Source: Chara braunii (lineage: Eukaryota > Plantae > Charophyceae). From it: a stretch of DNA of 64,000 nucleotides. The stretch is taken from contig BFEA01000001.1 in NCBI GenBank assembly GCA_003427395.1, positions 2,595,803 to 2,659,802 of the forward strand. The letters run 5' to 3'. Positions 26,889 through 40,116 of this stretch are shown here, one piece after another. Position 1 is the first letter of the stretch, and each line of letters begins with the position of its first letter. Position numbers and translations under genes: made by a program. The notes under the pieces were generated by a model that was not told where the DNA came from, did no database searches, and worked only from the letters and a program-made list of their open reading frames with translations.

Positions 26889-28427
26889 CGGCCATAACAT
26901 AAAGCATAGCCTGCAATACGCGCACCCGACACGCACATGACGTCTACAAGCACAAACATGGGGAAGGGGTAAGTTGACGAATCATCTGACCACCCCAATT
27001 TGCGTATTTCCCTAACGAGAAAGGGTGCTGATGTGGCTATCAGATACCAGCGAGAGCATCGTTGGCTGCGGGCTGACGTGGCGCTGGTGAAGAGAGAAAG
27101 AGAGAGAGAGTGGGATATCGAGACTGCGGACGTGCCCTGCCGCTCGTGAGAAGTTGATACTTGCACTTGGGTGCTGACGGGCGTAACAACTTCAGGATTG
27201 GATGTAGTGCCACACGCCGGCCCTAGTGTCTGGCCACATTGGTATCTGCAGATGGTGCAGCCGAAGAGGAAAGGATGCTGACATATTGATTGATTGTTAT
27301 GTTGGCTGACTTACTCTAAGTCCGCCGCCGACGGTTGACCGCCCTTGAGGCGGCAGACTGTCCAATGGTCCGGCGCCTTCGACGCCGCCGGAGCATCTGA
27401 TGGTCGTGCCATCCGATGGTCCGACGGCTCGAGGACGCCGGACCATCTGATGCTCCGGCGTCGTCGAGGCATCGCACCCTCAAAGGGTCTGGTGTCACGA
27501 ATGTCGCACGGTGTGAGCGACCCTTTCCTGTGCCTGTGCTGAGGACTGGCCATCGCTTGGTGGGACTGGCCCTTTCCCATTGAGGGAATGGGGAGATTGG
27601 GGTGGTTAGATACGTGCCCTAAGGCCTGGGCATGGCGCAATGGGAACAGCCCTTTCCCGTTAGGGTGGTAGGGATGTTGGGGTGGCAGCAAGTGATTCCC
27701 TGTTAACTTGCTGCCATTGTGATTTTCCTGTGCTAGTGCTGAGAACTGGACATCGCTTGGCCACGTAAGCAATGTCGTCGTCTTCAGTCCACGTCATCAT
27801 CTTCAAGGGAGCGTGTGCGCGCGCATGGGAGTCAATGGCTAGCCCGCGATGATAATCGCGCACGTTTATAAACGCATTTCTTTCCAGTTGCGCGCGGCAC
27901 CTCCCACTTACCTGGGCGCCACCTGGCGCCTGACAGCAGATCACGACGAAGAAGGTGTGCTCCGCTACCAAATTGTAATGAACCCAGTCTGGAAGATACT
28001 CGTCAAATGTCGAAGTACAAGAAAACTCAGCGCTGAATAATGTCTCCAAATAATTGTGAATGTGATCTGTGATACAATGTCTTGTAACCAATGGACGAAG
28101 AGAGGAGAGGGGGAATAGACAATTTAGAGGGTGGAAGAGATGGTATCCATCAATGACCACAGAGATAGTAGCACAAAATTTCCCTCTCCTTCTCCGGGCT
28201 TCCCCTTCGCCTCCACGTCAGCAAACAGTGTCCAATAACGAGGCTGACAAGGCCTGATCACATCAGAGTGCCACATGGCACAGTTCTTCCGTGAAGACGT
28301 TCAGCAGCGTACAGTATCGACGTCAGCAACGAGGAAGTATCCTCTCTTTCAAGCAATCCACAGATCCCGATCTCCCTCCTTGTCGCATTCAACTCAGCAA
28401 TGAAGACAATGTGGCATATGCCACATC

Positions 28428-28760
28428 AGCAAAGAGGCATGTGCCACATCAGCAATGAGGCATGCGCCACATCAGCAATGAGGCATGCGCTACATCAGCA
28501 ATGAGGCATGTGCCACATCTGCAATGTCGAAGACAGCGTGGCTTGCGCCACGTCAGCAGAGGCTGGCGCCAGCAAGCACGCAGCAGTCTCGCATAGTCGT
28601 CCACAGTGCCACCATACAGCCAGCGTCCAGCCAGCATCAAGCCAGCGTCTAGCCAGCATCAAGCCAGCGTTGAGCCAGCGTCCAGCCAGCATCAAGCTAG
28701 CGTCTAGCCAGCGTCAAGCCAGCGTCTAGCCAGCGTCAAGCCAGCGTCAAGCCAGCGTCA
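28428..28760. repeat. 23 bp tandem repeat followed by an 11/15 bp tandem repeat
   Basis: GCCACATCAGCAATGAGGCATG(C/T) about 4-5 times, then CCAGCGTCAAG/CCAGCATCAAG/CCAGCGTCTAG about 10 times. Confidence 0.85.
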
Positions 28761-30689
28761 ACTCAGCATAGCAAGAGTGAATGTTGACTCCCTGGAGGCC
28801 AAGCCTTATCTAGTGTTTGACGAGGTTGACTGGCCTCAGGTCTCCCACCCACGGTGGCTCAGATTGGCTCACAGCCGACGGCCTGCATCTCATACAGTTG
28901 CAGACTTCCACTTGGTCCGAATGCTGTCTTGGTACAAACAAGTGTGTGTGTCTGACCGGCGGCCTGGGCTGGGTCCACGTAGACTTTGACTCGTGGATCT
29001 CAGGCAGTTGACTGAAGTCAACTGTCGGGCACACAGACCCTGAAGCCGAATTCGGGGGTTTATCCCCCTTGATCCCTCACGGCCTTAGGTCAGGGTCGCG
29101 GCCTGTGCGTACCCCTTAGGACACCTCAGGGCATATGGAGCGGGTTATTGCAAAATTGTTTCTTCTTTTCTTTTCTGCACGAACCTTGCCTGTCCGTTGC
29201 CCGTCGGGCCGCACGGGCAGCCCGGTATGGTAGCCCACGTATGCACAGAAATTGCCTGGGTATGTCCATAATTTTAGCATTACGGTAGTTGGGTATAAGA
29301 ACTATCTGGCGGTACCAACCTTGGCCCACCTCAGTCCCGAGAAGGACATAATTTCCACAGGCAATTTTGGGGGTGTAGATTCAAGTTGGGCACTGGGACT
29401 GGGTATAAAGGCGATTCCCATCTTTGAAAGGGTACAGATGCAATTTTCCGACTTAGTATGTTAGCTCAAATTTGGTACCTTTTTTTTTTCGTTTCATTTT
29501 TCCTTCTACAGCTCTACAGTTCCACCATAATTTTTATGCAGGCTTATGGCTCTGGGAGTCTGGGTCCATTCGGTTGTGGTGAGCATTATGCCAGTTTCCT
29601 ACTGACAAATAGGTAAGCATTATAACATATACATTAATTATAGACAATAAATGAATGTATATTGTAGACCATTAATATTAGAGTAATATATAGATCAACT
29701 GCAGCATTTGTTCTCCTTCCAGCCATCATATCATAGCTACTGTTATGAGTCTATACGATGTGAGTCATGTGACCAATACATGGCCTAAATTATATGGGCT
29801 GTAGAAGAGGCTGGCTGGTTGAAGAGAGAGAGAGCTCGAGCAGAAAACTGTCACGACAAGGAAAATGCAAGGCTAGGGCTTTTGAGAGGGAACCTGGATT
29901 GCAATGACCAGAGTGTTGAGCAGTACGATTGTCAATACACCTGTGGTGAAAACTCTCATCTTTGCAACATTCGCGCAGTACAACCGGAAGTCACTGGTAG
30001 ACGCACACATAGATACACACAAACTGTCATAAAAGTGAACATCCATCCTTCACCATTCAAGCAGTACAGTGCTCTCCAATTTCTAGGTACATATAAATAG
30101 ATGACGCCCATCGTGGTTTTCTGTATAATTATTAAAGGAAGGATAGTAATTATTAAAGGAAGGATAGGGCCCCGTAAGACGCTTCCCCTGGGCCCAGCAA
30201 AAATGAGGCCCGCACGGTTGTCTCATGGGACACGAGCTGCCCCACGCAGTAGGGGCTCGAGTTTGTTTGTTTTTTGGCCAGCTGGGGCGGGATCGAGGCT
30301 CGCGGTGGAGTGTTTTTTTGGCTCCCAGTCGGACAGGAATTTCCAGGGCCGTGCGGAGTTGTTCTTTTTTCCGTTTTTGGGTGGCTGGCTCGGGATCAAA
30401 GGTGACACTTGATTTTGTTTTTGGCAGGTTGGACGGGATTTTTTTATTTTCTTCTTTCAAAGTGTCTGTCTTTGCCGTTGTCCTTCCAGCGGTTTGAGCC
30501 CCATCAGTGCCTTTCTCCATTCTGTTGTGTGTTCCCACGTACGCTCAAGGCCTGTCAGACCACGGAGACTCTTTGCCTGTTCTGTTCGTTCTCACTGCCC
30601 TAACGAAATGTACAAAATCAGAATGAATCTTCTGCCAGAATATGGAAAGATAAACCGGCTTACTTTTTGTCTTTTCTGCTGCTTTAAAA

Positions 30690-30896
30690 TGATCCAAGTA
30701 CTCGCAAAGTTCAACTTGCATATGACAGCGCAGATCCACATGAGAGTTCACACATGAGAAGCCAAAACAAGATACAGTCCACACTCGAAGATGTCGTCAC
30801 CAGTATGATTGCCAATATACAAGAATGTTTGTCCGCAGCGGCTCTGCCGCTCACGCACACACAGCGAGACTCAACCAAGCTATGGCTTTCCCCTTC

Positions 30897-30965
<69 letters not shown>

Positions 30966-30966
30966 N

Positions 30967-31059
<93 letters not shown>

Positions 31060-31655
31060 ATGTCTCTCTCCCTCTTCCTTGGATCGTTACCTTGGATACA
31101 CCCATTCAGGTATCGTACACCTTGGCAGCTATGGCCGCCGTCTTCCTGCTCTACCTCTAGCCAAGCTATGGACTATCTTACAGGCGCCCACTTCTTCCTC
31201 AGGCGCATAGTGCCCAAGTTGCCGCAACGCACAAGCAGCAGCAGCGCTTCCGCATCTCGCAACTGAACAAGTGATAAGTCGCTGCACTGGAGCAGCTAAA
31301 TATAGGGCTTGTCTTTGCTTCACTTGGCTTGGCTTGGCCTGCTTCAGACTGGTACCGGTCAGCCGCGGCCTGTCTGCTGCAAACATTTTGTCGGTGCGGT
31401 ACCTTCCGGACTTTCCTGGGACATGCTGCAAAATTGGACTTGGGGACTGTCGGACTGGACTCGGATGCTTCTGGAATTTTCTTGTCGGGTACCGGACAGA
31501 CCTCTACCGACCTACGACGCTTCGGTACCAACCACTACAGACCTACGACGCTTCGACCTTAGAGCCCTACGGCCTACCCTACGGACGGCCCTGGGACTTC
31601 GGACTTGTTAGGACCGTGGGTCCGGGACAGGGTGTCTGCAGCGTGAATCCTTTCA
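30690..31655 (-). repeat. 3' LTR of the second gypsy element
   Basis: Starts TGAAAGG right after the PPT. Probable end ...CTTGGATCA at 30690 gives TGA..TCA termini. Shares the GCGGCCATAGC motif with LTR1. Confidence 0.7.
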
Positions 31656-34600
31656 CTCCCGCTGGCCTTATTTCGAGGTCCGCCGAGAAAAATCCCACTT
31701 TTACCTGTCGTAGCTGTTCAACCCACGTCCAGCCCTCTCATAGTAGGAAACAATGTGAGGGGCTGTTTGTATAAGTTCCTCCCTGGGGAGCGAGCGGTCC
31801 TCGCTGGGTTCCTGATAAGCGAACCTAACTTTATATTGTCTTTGAGGTCTCCCTCGACGACCGGTTTGGAATGTATCTTCAGCAACTATTCGATCTACAT
31901 CATACTTTCCATCCATATCCGGCGGTATCATGGAGCGTCGGGAGGGAAACTGGTCGTTTGTGATGCAGGGAAGTAACTTAGAGGCGTGGAATACCGGATA
32001 GGTATGCAGGTGGGTTGGAATCTCAATCGTGTAGTATGGACCATCTGCCTCTAACTTGACATCTAAGACTTGCCATCGTCCCCTATATGCGGGTAGCAGT
32101 TTCTGCGAAATCCGCTCCTCAGGAATGAACTCCTAGACTTAACCCATACCAGATCTCCTACCGCAAATTGCGATGGTCGTTGATGTTTGTTAGCTTGTTC
32201 TACCATCTGGTGTTGGGCCTTAAGGATGTTTTTCTTGACTTGCTCTAGATCTTTCTCGTACTGGATAGCAAACTCCCTCGTTCCGGGTGGCAATCTCTGA
32301 ATCTGATCTGGGTTCAGACAGTCGATTGGACGTCGAGGTCGCCAGCCCTTGTGCAGCTCGTCCGGTGTGCGTGCTGTCGACAAGTGTACGGAATTGTTAT
32401 ACGCAGCCTGTACTTTGGGAAGGTGCTCATCCCAGTCGATCTGATCGGGCCTAATATACATGCGAAGCACTTGCTGAAGCAGTTTATTCATCTGCTCAGT
32501 CTGACCATAGTTTCCAGATGTCCGCCGGAAGACATTGTCAATTTCGACCCATAGACTTTCATCAACTGTTGCCAATGCTCGCCCGTGAGCCTACTGTCTC
32601 GATCACTGACAATCGATAGCGGGTGCCCGTAATCCTTCACCCAATGATTGAAAAACTCTTTAATCACTAAATCGGTCTTTGCCTCGGCAGGCAGCGGAAT
32701 AGAAGCAGCGAACTTGCTAAACCTGTCTACAACTACCATCACTTGACTCTTACCATTTCTGCTTTTCACTTTCGTGTCCATGAAACGGACTAGCCAGGAC
32801 CGGACGGGATAAGTAGTGGCCTCAACAAGCCCAGTGGCGACTGTGTGGAGCTTTTGTTCCGCTGACACACTTGACAACCCTGGATGTAGGCAATGCAGTT
32901 GTGTTTCATACCGACCCAGGTGTAGGACCGTCGGAGGTTTGCATAAGTCTTCCTCCATCCGCAGTGGCCCTCAATGTCGTGGCGTTCTCCCAAGATCAGA
33001 CTTTTGGTAGTCTCATTGTTTGGGATGCACAGTCTGTCAAACCTATCAGTCTTTTTTCAAATAAGAGTCTGTCACTTACTCTATAGTCTGGAACTTCATG
33101 TGGTGTTGTTTGCACTCTCCTGATGAGTTCGCTGTAAACGGGATCCTCAGTGTACGCAGCTCTAATCTGTTGCTGCTGTTTGGTGTCGGCGTCTAAATAA
33201 GTCAAAATTGCACTGAAAAAGTTTGCGAGTCTACTAAGCGTATCTGCGATGACGTTGTACTTTCCCTTTACTGGCTTCAACTGGAAGTCAAACTGGTCGA
33301 TCTCCCCAGCCCATCTAGTCAACTTAGGAGTCATTCGGGCCTAGGTCTTTAACCAGCATAGAGTCCCACGGTCAGAATAGACTTTGAAATGTCTACCTAG
33401 CAGATAGTGCCGCCAGTGGCTCAGCGCTTCTCTCAAGCCAAGTAACTCACGTTCGTACGTTGACGCAGCGACCTTCTCACTAAGCAATCTACATGACATG
33501 AACTCTACTAGCCTATACCCTTCATCGTTCTGTTGGAGTACAGTGCCTATGCCATATTGGCTTGCGTCAGTAGTTACAATGAATGGCAAGTATGGATCTA
33601 CCTTTTTTAGGACTGGGTATTCGATCAACGCCTTTTCAACTTCTTGAAGGCAAAATTACAGTTTTTATCCCAATTCCAGACTGTTTCCATTCCTCAACAA
33701 CTTACGCAATGGTGCAGCGATCATCGTGAATATTCGCACAAACTTCCGGTAGTAATTCGCTAATCCTAAGAATGTACGCACTTCAGTCAACGTGTGCGGT
33801 GTGGGTCAATCTCTGATGGCTACTATCTTTGCGTCTTCCAGGCTGACCCGTCTTCGTCCAATACGTGGCCTAAGTACAAAACTTGACGCCTAGCCCATTC
33901 GCATTTCTTTGGGTTCACCTTGAACTTTACAGTGCACAACTTCTCTAAACCTAAGCGCAAATGTTGTTGATGCTCCTCTAGAGTCTTACCGAAAATCAAA
34001 ATATTGTCTAGATACGCTACTACAAATTTATCTAACCATTCGCGGAAGAGATCATTCATGCATCTCTGGAATGTAGCAGGGGCATTCGTCATGGCATGAC
34101 CACAAACTCGTAGTGGCCATAGCGAGTCCTAAGGTTGTCTTGTGCTGGTCTTCGGGTTGTACCTCTATCTAATGGTATCCCGATTTCAAGTCAATCTTCG
34201 AGAAGTATGTGCAGCCCTACACTCTATCCAACAAGTCGTCTATCCGCGGCAAAGGTTCAACATTCTTGACCGTAATCACATTCAAACTCCACTAATCTAT
34301 ACACATATACGCAGGTCACCTTCTTTCTTGGGCATAAACAAGACCGATGCGCAGTACGGTGAGGAGTTGGGCTTTATCCAGCCTTTCTCAGTCAGTTCAT
34401 TAAGTTGCTTGCGCAGCTCGTCGAGTTCTTTGGGAGACGTTCTGTAAACCGGTCCCTCGGGAATCTTGCTACCGGGCTCGATCTCTATCGAGTGCTTAAT
34501 CTCTCTTTCGACTACTCCCGCCAGACTTTCCCACATCTGCGAACTTTTCGAACAGTTTCTCAACTTTTGGCAGCGTTGGTATCTCCTCTTTTTTGCCTTC

Positions 34601-35390
34601 ACTTACCGGTCTAACGTATGCTACGAAGACTTGGTCAAGCAAATCGGGTTTGACCACGTGTCTGGCGAACGTGGGGGCACTCGTACAACAAAGGGACAAA
34701 CCGGACTCAACGCCAGACTCACGAAACAACCGCAATTTCTTTTTGCCTCCCTGAGGGCTGGGCAGCCAACATTCATGCTCGCCCATCTTCACATCTGCTC
34801 GCGTGGCTTCTCCCCAACCCGTCCCTAAAATCAGGTCAAAAGGTAGGTTATCCTTCACTAAGAGTGTCAGGGAGTTCAGAACTCTCTCTACCTTAGTCTC
34901 CCCCTCCAACCAAAAGTATGCCTTGATCCCTTTGACATAATCTTCAACTCTCATGTCACGATTGTCTGCGAGCCTACTCACTACCGGCTCATCCAACTCT
35001 TGAAGCTTCATGTCGAGGTGCATCTTCTTCAACCCCCTTCGCCTAGTGTAACTGCTCGTGGACCCACAATCGGCCTAGGCCGCGCATGGCCGCCTCCGGG
35101 GGGGGTTCATAGAACACGCCTACTCGCTCTGTGCTGATCTTTATGTCTGGTAATATAAGTTGCCCTTTGCTCTCCTTCTTTATTTCAGCCCAAGCTTGGC
35201 GACGAGTCATCAACTCATCACCTATGCCGGTGAGAGAACCACCCAGAGAGACCCTAGCACAAGCAGTCTCCGGACAGCTAACTGGGTGGAGGGCTACATC
35301 AAGCTTTGTCGTTGGGACCTTCAGACATGAGGGTGCCTGGTCAGCGCGCGCTTCTACTTGTCTGTCTATGTCTGAAGGCCCAATCCCTTT
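30690..35390 (-). mobile_element. 5'-truncated Ty3/gypsy chromovirus related to the 3418 element
   Basis: Minus-strand protease region (ETACARVSLG), RT (YLDN), RNase H (TDASQYGIG), integrase and chromodomain (YDVDRIV..YKVRFAY). PPT AAGGCCAGCGGGAG precedes an LTR starting TGAAAGG. gag and 5' LTR are missing. Confidence 0.92.
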
Positions 35391-36078
35391 CTTATTACTT
35401 TTCTTTTGATTAGAATACTTGCTTTTTCGTTTTCTATTGTTTTTAAATAAAATACAAAACGTTGAAATCCAAAAAAGAAAATATGGTTTATAGGGCATTT
35501 CAAACCCTACAACCTTTTTTTTTTTCTTTTTTTTCTTTTTTTTTTTAATCTGAGAATTTCTCGGTCGCGCCTGACCGCCTGGGCCATGGCCTGCGGTCGG
35601 GTTCCTGAACGCCCGCCGAGTTTGACCCCGCGGTCATAACAGCCGGGGACACATAGATGAAGAGGTCTTGTCAACTCAAGCTTACAATCGGACTTTCTGG
35701 AGGCAGGAGAGTGCAACCCAAGCGTGAATGTTTGCGCACTTTCAGTAGGTCGGCGCATGTGCATCCTATACATAGACTTGGCAACTCAGAGCAATGGTGG
35801 TGTAATTGACCTAAAGGGTCAAAATGGGTAGGGAATAAGTACATGTTATGCATTCTTAAGACATGTGCAGAGCACTTAGTCTGCTTCGCACATGGAGTGC
35901 CTAATTGCACTCCACAGCCATATCTTGTCTCCACTGGAATAAACACTATGCAGCTCAAGGGGCCCCTCCACGGTACCTTCATGCCAATTACACATGTTCC
36001 TTCGTGCCCATTACACATATTTTATCATGGCGATTACATGTGTTCCTTCATCCCGATTACACGCATTCCTTTGTGCCA

Positions 36079-36363
36079 ATTACAAGTGTACCTTTGGGAA
36101 GTTGGGATAAAAACATGAGCGACTCCTAGGATATGAACACGTAACCGAAGGCACATCAATGTGGATGTACTCGTTCATGCCGATTACAAGTGTCCTTTTG
36201 GGAGAAAAACATGAGCGACTCCTAGGATGTGAACACGTAACCGAAGGCACATCAATGTGGATGTACTCGTTCATGCCGATTAGAAGTGCCCTTTTGGGAG
36301 AAAGACATGAGCGACTCCTAGGATATGAATATGTAACCGAAGGCACATCAATGTGGATGTACT
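36079..36363. repeat. ~96 bp tandem repeat, 3 copies
   Basis: CATGAGCGACTCCTAGGAT.TGAA.A.GTAACCGAAGGCACATCAATGTGGATGTACT three times. Confidence 0.92.
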
Positions 36364-37709
36364 GATCGCTTGGCACCTATGCGCTTCGCATCTTCGCAGA
36401 GGAACATGTACGTACTATAAGGGGGCTGACAATGGCCCTTTGAACAACGTTTTATTGCCCCCCATCCCCCCAACCTTCCCCCGCTTTTCGCCCCAAGGTA
36501 ACCTATTTTCACTTGTTTAAGAAAGGAACTAAGTTCAAATAACCTCTTTTTCCTTCAAATTGTCATCGGGCCAGTAGAAGGTGATGACCCACATGAACAT
36601 GTGCACCCACCGCTCAGCCTCTCGCTGGAATAGGCTTCTCCTTTCACAACGGGCAAACGATACTATTGGTGGGCAATCTGATGACACTGCAGGGGCCAAG
36701 ATGCAATGAAACATAATTATCGTACTTCTGTAGTAATGTCATAAGTTCATAACTGAACAAGTCCGAGTCTTTTACAGTGCTATGTTGTATATGAGAAAGG
36801 TTGGATTCTTTGTGTATAGACCTTATCCTTATTCTCTTTTGACTTGCATGATGTGGAAGTACAATAAGAGGAAGGAGAGACATGTGTCATTTGCTTAAAC
36901 AATTAAAATGACAATTGAATTTTCCTTCTACGTTAGTTTTGAGTCTTTTGACTTTTGTATGCCTTGAGTCCATGGACTATAGGGCCTCGTAAGACCCTCC
37001 TTGGAAATCCAATTTTTAGGAAATCGGTGTAGCTACACCGCATCCTAATTCGCCAAATAAAACGCTCCGGAGAGATTTCCTTGGGTTCCTCGATATCCCC
37101 TGGCAAAACGTCATTGGATTCATGGGGTCCTCGCAAGGTCCCTTGGGTTAAAGGAGTCGTGATTAACAGAGTGTTATGGATCGAGCACCCAGAGGAGAAA
37201 TTGGAGTCGATGTTGGTGCACAGGTCGTCCGTGGTCCATTGGGCGGACATCGCTGGCCTCCACTACCCGACGGGCCGCCAACGGCCTTCCACCGTTACCG
37301 TTGGTGCGAAAATGCATGGGGTTGGTTCTCCAGCTGCAAGGCGCTTCACGGAGCGGGGTTTTCCGTGCACGCGTCGCTGGCCGTGGTGTCCAACAATCGA
37401 CTTTTTCAATTTTTGTACAAGCTATGAAATTGCACTACTGGCCGATTGCAGTCATCTGCGTTGCGTGTTTTGTCGCCTACTGTCGGGTGCATCGATGCAA
37501 GCTTTGTTTGCTACACGCCTTGCATGCTGCGATTCATGGAAGACGTCCTCCGACGGTTCCCACTCCTGCTGCTGGCCACTCTTCTCCTGCTCGTTGTCAA
37601 GTGCGTCGTTGTGCGGGGTCCTCGCAGCAGACGGAAACGACGAACGTCAAGGACGACGGGTCCGGCAGCCGAGAAGGGTGGGAAACAATGCGAAACATCC
37701 GTCCTGGAG

Positions 37710-40116
37710 AGGCGGTTAACTAGTGGTTAATGGAAGGCCAAAAATTCGGGGGGTTTCGCCACGTCGCTACAAGCAATGTTGTCGAAACTTTTGCGAACAA
37801 ACTATGCAGGGTCATAATACAAACATAAAAAAAAACAATCAGGCAAAAAAAAAACGAAAAAATCAAACTCAAGACCACTATAAATCAGAGTTGGCAACTG
37901 GGATTTTTTGGAATACCTGCACCTTACCTACCCATACCCTCCTTGAAAACTAACCACCCATACCCACTGTATAGATGGCCTACCGGACCTTTACCCATCC
38001 TTATCTGCTCAAGAAAAAAAAAATTGTACCTGTACCTGCCCTACCTGAACCCCTTCAGACTGTAACTGCCCATAACTGCCCGTGGACTTTCTATTTCAAA
38101 ACTACCCATGGCCACCTACACCTAGACCTTTTGTTAACCACCTGTACCGTACCCAACCAATTTTTGTTTTCACCCCTACCCACCCGTCCCCACCCACAAT
38201 TGTATGCACCCACCCATAACCATCCACATTTGTGACCCACCCTCCCCTAACCACCCCAAATTGTCCCCAACTACCCCTAAGTGCTCGTATATGTCCCCAA
38301 CCACCCCTAACCGCCACCCCTATCCGCCCCTAACCATCCGCATTTGTGACCCACCCTCCCCTAACTGTCCCGAACCGCCCCTAANNNNNNNNNNNNNNNN
38401 NNNNNNNNNNNNNNNNNNNNNNNNNNNNNNNNNNNNNNNNNNNNNNNNNNNNNNNNNNNNNNNNNNNNNNNNNNNNNNNNNNNNNNNNNNNNNNNNNNNN
38501 NNNNNNNNNNNNNNNNNNNNNNNNNNNNNNNNNNNNNNNNNNNNNNNNNNNNNNNNNNNNNNNNNNNNNNNNNNNNNNNNNNNNNNNNNNNNNNNNNNNN
38601 NNNNNNNNNNNNNNNNNNNNNNNNNNNNNNNNNNNNNNNNNNNNNNNNNNNNNNNNNNNNNNNNNNNNNNNNNNNNNNNNNNNNNNNNNNNNNNNNNNNN
38701 NNNNNNNNNNNNNNNNNNACACACAGAACGGCAACGGGTACAACCACGACGGTCGGACGATGTCCGTGCAGTGGCAAGCACACAGAAGGGCGGGGGGTAC
38801 AACCATGACGGGTGGCCAATTTCCAAGGGGGAACTCCCTGAGGCGAGGCTGGAGCCTTCCAATTTCGAAAGTGGCCAATTTCGAAGTTGGGAGGCTATTT
38901 CCTGAAATATTTTTTTCGCCATTCGCGCCAGGAAAACATATTGTGCCTAAGAAAAAAACAGCCTTGTCGGTCTGCATATTTTCTAGGAAGAAGGGAACGG
39001 GGGGGGGGAAAGGGGGGAAAAGGGGGAAAGGGAGGGAAGGGGGGGAAGGGGGGGGAAGGTAGATATTATGTACAGTTACCCGACTGAATTGCTTACCCGC
39101 CCATACCCATCTGATTTTTTTTTTCACCACCCTATAACGTCTCTACGCATGCTTTTGTTTTTCTTGGCCGCCCATACCTGCGGTTTTTCCCTTTTCACCG
39201 CCAGGACCCGACCATGCCTGCCCGTAATCTCCATGCAGTGCAACCGTGCCTGCCCTGAAATCCACAAATCAAATTTATACCTGCCCATACGGATGCCCCT
39301 CTCCGGAATGGTACCCATACCTGCCCATAACCTGCCGGTTATAGTTGGGTACGGTCAGGTACGGGCAACGGTTATCCAGTTGCCACCTCTGCTATAAATC
39401 CCTATTCGGAGTAGCTTTCGAAGTTCGCCAAAGTTTTTTTCGAGTCTGGTGTTTTTGCTAAGTTTTTTGTTATTGCTTCAAATACGGCAAAACTGAATAC
39501 AGATATACCCTAAAACACATATATAAAAGAAAAACTGAGAATTTTTCTTTTTGCCTGTCATATATGTGTTTTAGGGTATATCTGTATTCAGGTCGCCGTA
39601 TTTGAAGCAATAACAAACTTAGCAAAAACACCAGACTCAGGACGACAGTAGTGGTTAATGGAAGGCCAAAAATTCGGGGGTTTTCGCCACGTCGCTACAA
39701 GCAATGTTGTCGAAACTTTTGCGAACAAACTATGCAGGGTCATAATACAAACATCAAAAAAACAATCAGGCAAAAAAAAAACGAAAATCTTTTATTCTTT
39801 TCTCAGTTTTTCTTTTTGCCTGTTATAATGTGTTTTAGGGTATATCTGTATTCAGTTTCGTCGTATTTGAAGCAATAACAAAAAACTTAGCAAAAACACC
39901 AGACTCGAAAAAAGCTTTGACGAACTCCGAAAGCTACTCCGAATAGGGATTTATAGTGCTCTTGATTTTTATTTTTTTGTTTTTTTTTTGCCTGATTATT
40001 TTTTTTATGTTTGTATTATGACCCTGCATAGTTTGTTCGCAAAAGTTTCGACAACATTGCTTGTAGCGATGCGGCGAAAAACCCCGAATTTTTGGCCTTC
40101 CATTAACCACTAGTGT
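37710..40116. mobile_element. Non-autonomous foldback (Mutator-like) element with long TIRs and a 10 bp TSD
   Basis: TSD CGTCCTGGAG at 37700-37709 and 40117-40126. Arms ACTAGTGGTTAATGGAAGGCC / GGCCTTCCATTAACCACTAGT extend about 300 bp. Confidence 0.8.
37886..39391. mobile_element. Non-autonomous hAT element nested in the foldback element
   Basis: TIR CAGAGTTGGCAACTGG / CCAGTTGCCACCTCTG, perfect 8 bp TSD CTATAAAT, subterminal CCCATACC/ACCC repeats. Confidence 0.9.

Noticed and set aside
27660-28160. INVRDYHRGLAIDSH resembling an AlkB-type 2OG-Fe(II) oxygenase motif
   Set aside because: The HxD aspartate and downstream His/Arg motifs are missing. Too weak to call.
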